DNA of 64,000 bases from the human T2T-CHM13v2.0 reference genome, Homo sapiens. Below the pieces are notes generated by a model. The model was given only the letters and a program-made list of their open reading frames with translations, was not told the origin of the DNA and searched no databases. Positions 47,382-59,362 of the stretch are shown piece by piece. How positions within the stretch are numbered: the stretch's first letter is position 1; each line of letters opens with the position of its first letter. Made by a program: the position numbers and the translations under genes. The DNA is taken from NCBI RefSeq assembly GCF_009914755.1, contig NC_060936.1. The stretch is one strand, 5' to 3'.

Positions 47382-47735
47382 TGTATTAGTCTGTTTTCAC
47401 GATGCTGATAAAGACATACCTGAGACTGGGAAGAGAAAGAGGTTTAACTGGAATTACAATTCCACATGGCTGGGCAGGCCTCAGTATCATGGCGGAAGGT
47501 GAAAGGTACTTCTTACATGGCAGTGGCAACGGAAAAATACGGAAGAAGCAAAAGTGGAAACCCCTGCTAAACCCATCAGATCTCATAAGGCTTATTCACT
47601 ATCATGAGAATAGCATGGGAAAAACTGGCCCCCATGATTCAATTACCTCCCCCTGGGTCCCTCCCACAACACGTGGGAATTCTGAGGGATACAATTCAAG
47701 TTGAGATTCGGTGGGGACGCAGCCAAACCATATCA
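47382..47735 (-). mobile_element. THE1C-like MaLR solo LTR, sense to VDR
   Basis: tgtattagtc...ccaaaccatatca; perfect 5-bp TSD caggg at 47377-47381 and 47736-47740. Confidence 0.92.
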
Positions 47736-48139
47736 CAGGGCTAGTGGGTCACTCCATGGAAACCAGGCTACATACTCTCATTCACCAAGGCTACTCTGGG
47801 GAACTCCAGCAGCTTCTTGGAGCGTGGCAGGACTCAGAGTGGGGAGCCCATGAGGCCTCAGGCAGTGGAGCAGGAGATATATGGCTTACTTAGATAGATT
47901 TCCACTTCTTATCAACAATTTTTCCTGCAAGCTGCTTTTTTCCAATGGAAACTCTGCCCTTAGCTTTGTCAACAAGATTTCTGGGCTGATTACTGCTCTC
48001 CAGGTAACAGGCAGGCTATGCCTGTCACTGCTGGAGAGTGGCCGGTGACGCATAGGGGACTGGCCCATTTAGAAGCTGCAGTTCAATCTCTCTGGTTTTA
48101 CAACTGAAGAAACGGAGGCCGTGAAAGTAGAACCATGGG

Positions 48140-48470
48140 TATTTAGAGGCTGGGATGGGTAGCAGGGAGGGGAAGATGGGGAGAGGTTGGTTAACAAATA
48201 CCAAATTAAAGCTGGACAGGAAGAATGGATTCTGGTTTTCTGCAACACTGCAGGGTGACTCTGGTTAACTATAATTTACCTTCTATTCCCCAAAAGCTAG
48301 GAAAGAAGATTTTGAATGTTCACAACACAAAGAAATGATAAATGTTTGGGGCAATACATAAGCGAATTGCCCTGATTTGATCACTGCACATTGTGTACCC
48401 ATATTGAAATATCACTCTGTATTCCGTATGTACAATTATTATGTGTCAACTACAAATAAAAAGAAAAAAT
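48140..48470 (+). mobile_element. L1MA-type 3' end
   Basis: gaagattttgaatgttcacaacacaaagaaatgataaatgtttg...tacaattattatgtgtcaac. Confidence 0.8.
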
Positions 48471-49378
48471 TCTAAGAAAGTCAATAAAAACAAGAGAGGA
48501 GAAGTATACTCCCTTACTGCATGGCCTTGGACATGTCACTTCCTCTCTGATGGCCTCAGTCTCTTCTCAGTCTCCTCTGAGGTAATCAGAGAGGAAGTGA
48601 CATATCCAAGGCCACACAGTAAGGAAGTATACTTTCTCACCTCCAGCCTGGCCGAGTCCAGTACCCCCAGTCGCCTGCCTGAGCAGCTTCAGGGCGAGGA
48701 TGTGGTGTGGGGTAGGAATGGGCCATGGAAGCTGGTGTGTACTCTCCCTTTGGGGCTGAGAGTTCCCTGTAGGAGGCCTGATGCAGACTGCAGCAGGTCC
48801 TCCCAGCATTGACTACATTCTTACAATCAACACAGAGAAACAAAAATGTTGCTAGGATCACCCACATGCTCCTGCCCGACTAACTCCAGCTCCTGGCTTC
48901 AGCTCCCGTGGCCAAAGACATGAACAAGAACTCAAGACAGGGAGTACTTTAGAGGAAAGTGGGATACGCCTGGCCTGAGCTTTCTCTACTCCAGGTGGGT
49001 CTTCCTGGGACACTAGCATGGGGGTACTTCCCAAGGATATCTGCTACAGGGAAAAGTTGATGAGACAAGGAGGCTATTTGTTCAGTGACTTGGAGACCAA
49101 GAAATAGAAACTGGGGCATCCCCAAAGGGAGAGAGTAGGTCCAGCCCTTCTTTGGGGAGACCCAAACTACTGCTAGTGTTAGTGCAGCTGATGGCTAAAT
49201 GGGATTTTCTCTGAAAACAAAAACAAAAACAAAAAAGCAGCTCAAGACAGCGGGAGAAAGCTGCTTCCAAGCCACTCCCAAGCCCAGCTTCCAGTGTGCC
49301 TGTGTGCCTCCCTCCAGGCTAAGCATCTGTCTTAACGCTGGGACCCGCAGCCTGAGTCCACATAGGCCTGAGCCACTG

Positions 49379-50342
49379 TTTTTTGTTTTTTTTTTAATTG
49401 CACATCACTCCTTTATTATACTGATCTGGAAAAAGGATTTAGTACAGTTATGCTCAAATGAACACTGGACCCATGTGGCAGGACCAAGCAACTAGAACAT
49501 GATTCAAAAAATCAGTGAAAGACACATTTGGACAGGACCAAGAGGCATTTCACTGCCACGAAACAAGGCGGGGAGGGATTCTAAAACACACAGCAGGAAG
49601 CACTCCTGCTCCTCAGAGGTCAAGGAGCTTATCCCATATTAGTATGAGGAATGGCTTATTTTCTGACGACCACATGAGGGACTATTTCAACTGCCACGAG
49701 AAACCCCAGAAAGGTTATTGTTTTGTATTTTACATATATGTAATATATATTTTATATATATTATGTATATAATATATATTTTATATATATATATATATAT
49801 AAATCTAACACATAAACTAAATTCAGGATTGATCCCAACCTTCTAGAGCCAGCTCCTCTGGGGTCAGGGAGGAAACGGTTGTCACGTCACCAGGCAGGTT
49901 ACATTCATCTTCCACTGGAATGACTAGAGCCCCAAGGCAGTGGCCTGACTGCAGAAGAGCAGAGGACTGGCTCCTGGGGGCAGACAGGCTGTCTTGCTTC
50001 TCCTCATTGGTTATGGCTTAGCACGGTTCCTCCCCACAAGTCCTTACTAAACAAAACACTCGCAAAAACCCAAGTCACTACCTTTAAACTCTCTTGGATA
50101 AGGGGAGCTTTCCCACAGCTTGGACTGAGAACGTGTGCCCTAGAAGTGCTATTCTGACTAGATTGTATGAAGGGAGTGGGTGCAGGAGACAAAATGGCTA
50201 AAATGAAAATGGGAGCCACTGGTCCCCATCTGCAGCTACAACTCAAGATGTCTACAGATGTGGTCAGTGTGACATGTGCAGGAGGGAGGGGCAGAGGGAC
50301 GCGATGGGCAGGGAGGGTGCTCCTGGGGACAGTGGCCTGCCC
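49379..50342 (-). pseudogene. 5'-truncated processed retrocopy of an mRNA 3'UTR, recognised as PGAM1
   Basis: Poly(A) tail (T-run 49379-49395), AATAAA at 49417-49412, and TSD AGGCCTGAGCCACT at 49364-49377 and 50343-50356. The body (ACTGTCCCCAGGAGCACCCTCCCTGCCC...AATAAAGGAGTGATGTGCAATT) matches my recall of the PGAM1 3'UTR; not BLASTed. Confidence 0.85.
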
Positions 50343-53300
50343 AGGCCTGAGCCACTCTTGCTCAGGCAAACCTCTTTGAGGCCCAACAACCTACCCCTAT
50401 CCAGGGTGGCCAGGCTTATTTTCCTTATTTTCCTTCTGGGACCAACGTGATCTCTGAGTCACGTAGACTCTTCCGCATTGTGTCAAAGGTCAGTATTCAA
50501 ACCCCAGGTCCTACCAGCTCTGAGATATTTGGGATCCTTGGGATCAGACCCCTTGCCTTTGTCCAGCTACCTGGGCCAGCCTGATGCCCCTGGCCACCTG
50601 ACCACTGTTCAGATGCCCCCAGAGCCCATTCCTGTCTCCTTATCTACAAACAGGGACATGATAATACCTGAGTCTCAGTTCTTGTGTGGGGATCAAACGA
50701 GCTGATCTCTGAGTAGCCCTCAGAAGGGTGCCTGGCACACCATAAGCTTTATGTGTTAACTATTATTATTATAACTGTACCTGGCTTTAGTATAATCAAT
50801 GGAGAATCCAGGAAAATGAGAAGAACTTCAGGCCCGAGAGAGGTGCTGTGAAGGGCAGGATGCCTGCTTCTCAGTCCCAAAAGCTCCACCCCAAACAAAC
50901 GTTGCCCAGAAAGCCACAATTTTGCTGAGCTGGGAAAAAAACTGACCACCCCACCCACTGTCTGTGGCTTCTAAAACTCTTTCAAAACTTCTTGGGGTGA
51001 GGAGAAATGAGTTGTTCTAATCTCTCTCCTAACAGTCAGAGAAGCTGAGCTACAAATCTGGACTTTTCCTCCACGTAAAACATAAAGCCTGTGGCTCCCA
51101 AGTTGTCACTGATTACCACCCTTACAGCCATCATCCTTCCTGTCCCTTCTCATCCAGTGTCACCTCCATCCCCCACCTCCCCCATCATCAAGTGCTGATC
51201 CTGTACCTGCATCTGTTCTCACTCTAGTGGGACCTGAAGCTTGACTACCTCCAGGATGCCGATGCCCCGCTGTCTGTTACCAGGGCAGCGGCACCACCAC
51301 CACCCACCCCCACCCACCACCACCTGAAGCAGAAAGCAGAACTCAGGAGAAGGCTGAGGTGGGTGCCGAGGGGCTGGAGTCAGGAGGTGGCAGCGAGAAC
51401 CGTGGAAGCCCTGGCAGAAGAATGGCCCTGCCATGCCCCTTCACCTAGACATGGGGTGGGCTCTGGCTCAGTGGGCCTGGACTTCTGGCTGCCCCAGCTC
51501 TTGAAGGCCTGGGAAGGCCATTCACTTATCCTGGGATAGATTCTGAAGCCTGTGTCAGAATCAGGGAAGGATCCCCAGGGTCCTCTGAGATGGGCAGGGC
51601 TGGGCTAACTCTCCACCAGGCAGCTCCGGTCCCATGCACGGCTGATTTGCCCAAACGTACCGTCTCCATCTTCTAGGTTATTAGTGAGGGTGGACACTTC
51701 CCCTGTACTGTGTTCATGCAGCTTCTCAGGACCTGGGCCACGTAGGAAGTTCCCACTCACTTTCAAGGGCAGCAGCAGTCACCCCAAGGTGACATCGGCT
51801 GCTCCTCCATTTCTGATTAGAATGACTTCCCCCTAACAAGCTTTTCCAGAGCTGTTTGGTCAGGCTTCTGGCCATCCTTCTGGGTAGGGTCCCTCTTCAG
51901 GACACCCCTGGAGGGCCAGGGATAGGATGTGGCGGCATTTCTTCTTGGCCTCACACTGTGGTGGACATTGACTCTGGCCTCTGCTGCCTTATCTCTGATA
52001 GGGTCCCTGCCTATGTTTAAGTGCCAGCCACATGGAAAGGCCTGTACTGGAAGTGAGAGACACAGTGGTGAGCAAGACATAGACCCTGTCCTCTAGGAGC
52101 TTACAGTCTACCGCGGGTTGGGGGGTGGGGATGGGGGACAAACAGGAACCTCCAATTCAGTACGACACATCCTACGATCCAGGTAAGTGCCAGGTCTAGA
52201 GGGAGCATATGCAAGAGCCTCTGCCTCATCTTGGTGAGAAAAGAGAAGAGAAGGCTCTTTGGAGGCTGTCCCCTCTCAACCTCTCCACGGAGACAGGAAG
52301 GAGCAGAGGAGTTTAATGTGGTGTGGTAAGAGGCGTAAGGAGCACTCCAGGCAGAGGATACTGCACATGCAAAAGCTGAGAGCGAAAGGGAAAGAACATG
52401 TTTGGGACAGAGAAACTCATTCAATGTGGCTGGAGAGAGGGAGAGGGTGCCAGGAAGAGACGTAATAACTGGCCACACTCATGTCAAAGGCCTGTAGGAA
52501 GTACATTCCACTCTTTTCTCTGCTTCTTCAAGTTAAACCCAGTGAGTCTTGAATATCAGGAATTTTTAATTATTGCCACGATTTATTGAAACTGAAGAGT
52601 TTCAGACCCCATTCAGATCCCCATTCCAACCTGAATCCACCTTGAGTGTTGTGACAACAGGGCCTCTCTCATTGTTTCATTGAGACGTTAGCTATGCACA
52701 GGCCTCTTCTGCAGCACAGCTGAAGTCCCAGCCTGGGTACACACAAAGCCACTGTCCCCCACAGTCCTTCAGGGAGATCCTTAACCCTGAGAAGAATAGG
52801 ACCATCAGTAGTCGAGCTAGAAGGGAGAGGTAAAGGAGAGACCTGAAAAATTCAGCCTAGCTGAATAGAAAAAAAAAAGGTTTTGTGGGAGAAAATCAAA
52901 AGAAAGAACAAATGATTCAATAAGGGCAGATGGAAGGGAGGTTAGTGAACAACTCAGCTGCCATATCACCAGTGCAATCCTTACTTAATTCCTCAGTCTG
53001 TCCAGGGTGGTCAGATATGGTTGATGGGCGCAGAGAGAGGTGAGTTGCCCACAGCCGCAGGATCCCCAAACCTGCCTCCACCAGTCCACTCAGCCCACTC
53101 AGCCTACTCTGTTCTGGTCAACAAGGTCACTTGCTCATTGCCAGGAATTGTCTAAGGAAGGGCATCAGGCAAAATACACGATGCTCACAAACAACACTCA
53201 CCACAGACGTGTGTGGAGCACCTCACATGCAGATAGGCACATGCCAGTCCATATCCTGAGTCTGGCTGTCCAAACTCACTGCTGGCCAACATGACACAAG

Positions 53301-55374
53301 CCTTGCCTTACCCTCAGAGCTATAATTGAAGATAACCCTCTTGGTTCAACGTTTCAGGCCAAATATCAGAATCTGTCTGGAGTTTTCTTCCCCAGGGCCA
53401 CAAAGTGGTAGGAAACAGCTGTCTCTGTTCTAAGCCTTGAACCCTCACCAAGCTATGATTCCCCTTCCCCAGCCCTACCCATTTGTCATCTCCCTCTTCT
53501 TTGTTTTTCTTTGGTAGCCAGGGGGCAAAGACAGAACAGATTTAAACCACAGGGTACTTTCCATAAATGCTGCCCCAGGACAGAGGAGGAGCTAAACTCA
53601 GGGTCCCTAGAGGAGCAACTTCTTTCCCTCCTGGTGGTTAGCTGTCTGCAGCCCCCCAGCTGCCCTGAGCCAGGCCTGCTGCCCACCGGATGTCTGAACC
53701 AGCTGGCAGAAGTTCCACTCTCTGCACTCAATACTCTTTCTGGCAGAGGCAAACATCCCTCAAGAAGGAATCTGATGGACTAGCTCAGAACCTAGATTCA
53801 ATTAAAAGACTTGTGGGTGAAACCCCATTTCCTCTGACTGGGCTGGGCCCCACTTGTTCAGCTGGAGTTGCTGCCAGGTGGGCTGCAGACAGGTAGCATC
53901 CTAGGGAGGATGTCAGCAGCGGTGGTCCGTCTCCGCCCCTGGGTGAGATGCCTCCTGCTTCCCTTCACTCCCCTGCCCTTACTTTTTCCAGAACTCCCCC
54001 TGACCTGAAAAATAATTCTGCAGCTAGGCTGGTCAGTAGCCCAGGATTGAAGTTTAACAGAGATGAAAATAATTCCCCCAGTGAGTTATTTTCTGCCCAG
54101 CTTTTGGAACAATAGCTCAGAGTGACAGGCAGGGTGGGGCGGGGGAGGCTGGCCTTGGGCCACTAACTGGGGTCACTATCCATTTAGGGCCCTTCCCATG
54201 TCCACTCCCTTACTCTTGCTGGCACCAGATTTTATAGAGGTGGGACCCTAGTCAAGGACTCAGACTAACTGCCTGCCACACCTGCCTCCACCTGTGGATC
54301 CACATGGGGCATGAGGGCGGCAGGACAGGGAAGGCCCGCGGGAGCCAGGAGTTTCCATCCTCCGTGGCTACAACTCTTACAGAATGCAAGGAAGAAGGAG
54401 AAAACACTGCGACTTTACCAAGCCTCCAAAAGGAGATTCTATAAGACTGTTGTGTCAGCTGAGATAAATATTTCAAATGTGTTATAAAAATTGTTACACT
54501 CTAAAATTACACTCTATAAAAATACTAGCTATTGCATTACTATTATTTTTCCAGGCATTTAAGAATAGGAGAGGAGGAGGAATAAATTCAGGTAAAAAGG
54601 GGAAGGCTGTGAAAAAACACCTTGAACGATTGCATGGAGCATGATCCATTCATTCGTTGTCTACCAAGCCCATCCCCAAACTTTCTCCTTTTTTTTGTGC
54701 CTTAAGACCCTATCCTCTGTTAGTTTCCTTTTGATTTTTCTCACACAACTTTTCTTCTAATACCTATGAGGAAATACCTTCCTGAGAAGACAGAGTATGG
54801 GAGGGAGAGAAGGAGGAGGGGAGAAAGGAAAGGAGGGGAAGGTATTCTTGGAATATCTTACTCTGAAAGCTTTCTTTCTAACTCACAAGGAAGAAACACT
54901 CTGTATTATAAAGCTATTATCACATTCTGGGAGGGGTACCTTCTAGTACGTTAGTAAGGAATTCTACAGGAACAGGGTTTTTCCTATCCCACTCTATAAC
55001 AGTTACCTGTTAAAAAAAAACTACCAGAGGATGCAGTGGAGCCTGCAGGGCAGACCTGACTGTGATGTTTGCTGTTTGCCACCCGTCCTTCCCCAACACC
55101 AACAGTGATTACACATTTCATTTTTTTTAAATTGGCTGTCAATGTTTTAGAAATCAAGAGTTTACATTTTTGAAAAAAAATCTGAATGTCCAGCTTTCTA
55201 TGAAAAAGTCAGATAATCTGGCCACACCAGGCTGAAGCTCCTGCCGGAAGCCTGCTGGGCCGAGAGGGGCTGCTCCCATCAACCAGCGTGTGCTCTCCAG
55301 TCCATCTCACCGGGTCTGCATCCCTCCAGCCTCACTCATGACCCACCTGGCCCTGGCCCCCTGACCAGCACACA

Positions 55375-55640
55375 CTGACAGCAGAGCTCACGGTTAGAAG
55401 TGCAGGCTCTGGAGGCAGCTGGCCTGGGTGTGCCCAACCCTGAATTCTCCCTACCACTAGCTGTGCAACAAGAACCAATGAAATGCACTCTCTAAGCTTC
55501 TGCTTCCTCACCTGTGAAATGAGAAAAATAACACCACCTACTGCATAGTCTGTGAGGAGTCCATGAGATAATCACGTCAAGTGCTCAGCATAGTGCCTGG
55601 CACGTAGTACCTGCTCAGTAAACGTTAGTGCTTATTATTG
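55375..55640 (+). mobile_element. MIR
   Basis: cttcctcacctgtgaaatgag...catagtgcctggcacgtagt. Confidence 0.7.
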
Positions 55641-57739
55641 CGCACAATTACTGCAATGACTAAGGAGAATTCATCTGAGTTGCAGCCCAGTTTTTGAAGA
55701 TGATTTAATGACACAAAGCAATTGCCCTTCAACCCTCCTTTCTTGCTCAGGCACCTGGTCTACAGACAAAACCATCTAGTGAGTATATCTGTGACATGTT
55801 AGTTATTGTGTGGAGCAGGGGCACTTCAGAGACAGGATTCAGATCTGTTCTCGGGGCTCGGAGTAGAGTGGGGGGAATGGACGATGACAGCACTGACAGG
55901 TGGAGTTACGCACAGAGCTCTCCCCACAAGCCCTGCCCAGGACCACGCAGGAGCTTGGCATTCAGGAGGACCTGGGGGTGGGTCTGACTCTTTTCTCCTT
56001 CTCCTTCTAGGCTCCAAACCTTCGGGGGGCTTTGCTAAAAGACACCCAACCTCGAATTAGTTCCACTCCATTTCCAGTTTCCCAGGCTGTGCACGTGGTT
56101 TCAACAAAGCCGGTCAGACCTCAAATGGAGTTCATTATAATGGAATTTTACCTGAGGCAGCCCCTCCCCCACTTCTTAACATCATGGCACCCAAGATATG
56201 GGTGTGCTTGCCAAAGAGGCTGGGCAGAAGTCACTTCCTGCCCCTGGCAGAAGTCCGGAAATTCAGAGCCGTTTGGAACAAAGAACTCTGCCCCGAAGGT
56301 GTTTTCCAGCATCTCCCTGGCCAGATTGGAACTGCCCCATTCACCCTCGTACCACCTGCTGCGTTTTTTCCAGCCCTCCTAGACAGGAAGGGGAGGAGGG
56401 AAGACTGAGCTGAATGACCAGGACACTGCAGGAAAGGCAATGCACAAGTGAGGAAGAGAACATGCACTCTGGACTTAAGCCTGAATTTAAATTCTGGTTC
56501 TGATTTAGTAGCTCAATGTCTTTGGGCAAGGAATTTAGCCTCTTAATCTCTATGAACCTTGGTTTCCTCTTCTATAAAATGGGTATAATTTTACCAGCCT
56601 CGTAGGATTATTGAGAGGCATAAATGAGAAAATGCATGAAAAGCACTGAACATAGTACCTGGAACATAGTGAGTTATAGTAACCATTGGTTATTATGATT
56701 GTCAGCTATTACATAATATGGTAACCTCACAAGGGTCAAAGGTTGGTATAGAAAGAGACACTGGGTGGAATTGGGGTGAGGGGATGGCTGGAGAAGGTAG
56801 AGCCCTGTCCCTGATCCCAGCACAGGCCTGGGAGCCAAAGTGAGGCCCAGGGCAGAAGCACCTGCCTGCCCGGAGCTGACAGGCACAGACTGGATAGGTA
56901 ATTACAAAGTTGAGAGCTGAGGTGGCCCATGCAACTGTCCAGCCAGCCACATTCCTTTGTCCCATGGGTGGATGGGTGGTGAATATCTGGCTGTTTATGT
57001 GGCTACCAGGATGGTGAGTGTAGTTAACACCTCTTTTCCCCAGTAGTCCTAGCAGGGTATTCGACCTTCAAAGGGAAAGGGATTCTCTACAGGCATTTGG
57101 CTCCTTTCCCCATGGCATCGCCTCTGTTCCCTCCACTCCAATCCTCCAGCTACCCCTTGCTTCTCAGGTTAAACAAGTCAAAAGGCCAAAGAACAAGGCC
57201 AGACTCTGAAGAGATGGCCAGTAGAGACTACTAAACTTCACCCCATCTCACTGGAGCCCTTAAATGATCAAGAAGCCCAGGACAGACATGAATCCATCAC
57301 TGCCCCAGCCCTGTGTGCTTTGATTAGCCAGCAAACTCATGGTTCTTATACTTCCATGTCCTTTTCTCAAAACTGATGCCCAAGGAAAATATATATTCCT
57401 CCCCAGGTATTAATTGAGCACATAGTATGGGCTCACTGCTGACACCAGGCTCTTGGTTGAACTGAGGAGACCACCAAGTGTTTGGGAGGATGTAGAACCG
57501 TGGGATCCCTCAAGCACTGCTGGTGGAAGCCCAGAGAGGAAGGGCTTCAACTGTACTTAGAGGCCCAGCACAGAGCTCTCTCTGAGACATGTCTCAGGCT
57601 GTGACATGTATGTGGTCACCTGTACAGAGTGCAGCAGACAGGCACACACATGAGCCAGAAATTGGGTCCCTAGGTCATGAATAATACAACTATTATAGCT
57701 AATCATTATAACTGTAGAAACTCATCTAATGCAACTTTT

Positions 57740-58470
57740 TCATTTTAGAAATGAAGCCTGTATCAAGTGTTGAAAAGGATGGAGAACAATGGAGACTTTC
57801 ATCCACTGCTGGAAGTGTTTTTTGGGACAACCACTTTGGAAAGCTGTTTGGCACCCTATAGCAATGCTGAACATAGAATTCCATGGGAGGCAGCAATTCC
57901 AACCCTAGGTATGTGCCCTACAGAAATTCTTGTGAGTTTCTCATGAACCAGAAGACAAGTATAACATGTACACCCCTAGCAGTACTGTCCTATCGTAATA
58001 GCTCAACTGGAAACAACCCAAATGTCCATCAGTGAGAGGAGGATATACAAATCGTGGTGTATTTTTCCAATGGAATTCTACACAGCAGTGCAAACTCATG
58101 AACTGCAGTGGTGTGCATCGACATGGATGAACCTCAGAAAACTCATATTGACTCAAAGAAGAGTGCATCACAGAGAACACACAGGTATGCGAACTTCAAA
58201 GCCATGTGAAATGAAACAACATAGTGTTTTGTAAAATCTACATAGATGATAACTTACAAAGAAAAGCAAGGAAACAATTAACCAAAATTCACTTTGGGGT
58301 GGGGAGTAAGGAAGGGGAATGCAAATGGGGAGAGGCAGAGGGGGCTTTTAAGGTGCTGTGAATGCTCCACTCTTAACTTAGGTGGTAGGTACAGGGTATA
58401 GGATTCTTTAATCTATACATAAACATATAATCTTGTGTATGTGATATATCGCGGTTTTTAAAAATGAACA
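57740..58470 (+). mobile_element. Old L1 (L1ME/L1MC) fragment
   Basis: caaccactttggaaagctgtttggca...actggaaacaacccaaatgtccatcag...acatggatgaacctcag. Confidence 0.75.
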
Positions 58471-58744
58471 AAAAAGAATTGAAGAACCCAAGTTGCAGAG
58501 AAGCTAAGTAACCTTCACAAGCTCATCAGCTAACAAATGACAGAGAAACCAATTTGCCAAATCTGAGTTTAGTCAGGTGCCAGGACAGCCATTCCTGAGT
58601 TCTAAACGGGCCTCTCACAAGGACAGGCTTCTGGGCTAGAAATTTTGAAAAGAAGTGCAAGAGTCTCTTTTTTCCCCACTGTTAAATTCCCAGTGTCTTG
58701 ACTAGTACCTGGCACACCGTAGGCTCTTGGCCCATATCTACTGA

Positions 58745-58960
58745 ATACACATGCCTTTCAAGGGCCTACTGTGTGCCAGGCACTTGACTTACATCATCTA
58801 ATCCTCACACAGTCCTACAAGGGAGCTATTACTATACCCAGTTTACAGGTAAGGACACTGAGATTTGGACAGATTAAATAACTTGCCCAAGGTCACAAGC
58901 TACAAAGCGACCTCGCCAAGATTTGAACCCAAGAGTCTAACTCAGACCCTGTGTTTCTCC
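58745..58960 (-). mobile_element. MIR
   Basis: cccagtttacaggtaaggacactgag...taacttgcccaaggtcaca...gatttgaaccc. Confidence 0.75.
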
Positions 58961-59240
58961 TGTTCTGCCAGGCCACTAGCTTCTAACAGCACTACCTAAA
59001 ATTTTAGTCATCTACCAAGGAACCCTGAGACCCACAGGGGGTGGGGCAGGCTGAGCATTTTCTCTTCCTGCGACCTCTGTCTCCAGGCTCTGACAAAGCG
59101 GTTTGTATGGCCAGGCCCAGGGCTGGCAAGCCGTGTAAAGCAGTGGTTACAGGCTGACTCTGCAGCCTTGGGCAGGTGGCTGCATCTCTTTAGACCTTGG
59201 TTTCCCCACTATGCCTGCTAGAGAACATAACTGTACTTAC

Positions 59241-59362
59241 CCCAAAGAGAAGCTATGAGGATTGAGGGAGGCAAGCAAAGCAATGTGCACGGGGCCTGGC
59301 ATGAGGCTATCAGAGGAGGCTAGAGTCCATTTCTCCGTCCAGCTGGGCTAGGTTCAGGAGCC
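59241..59362 (-). other. VDR: VDR alternative 5'UTR exon 1b (122 nt)
   Basis: Pyrimidine tract plus cttaag|GGCTCCTGAACC...CTCTTTGGG|gtaagt (consensus donor). The sequence matches my recall of the exon-1b-containing transcript. Confidence 0.85.
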
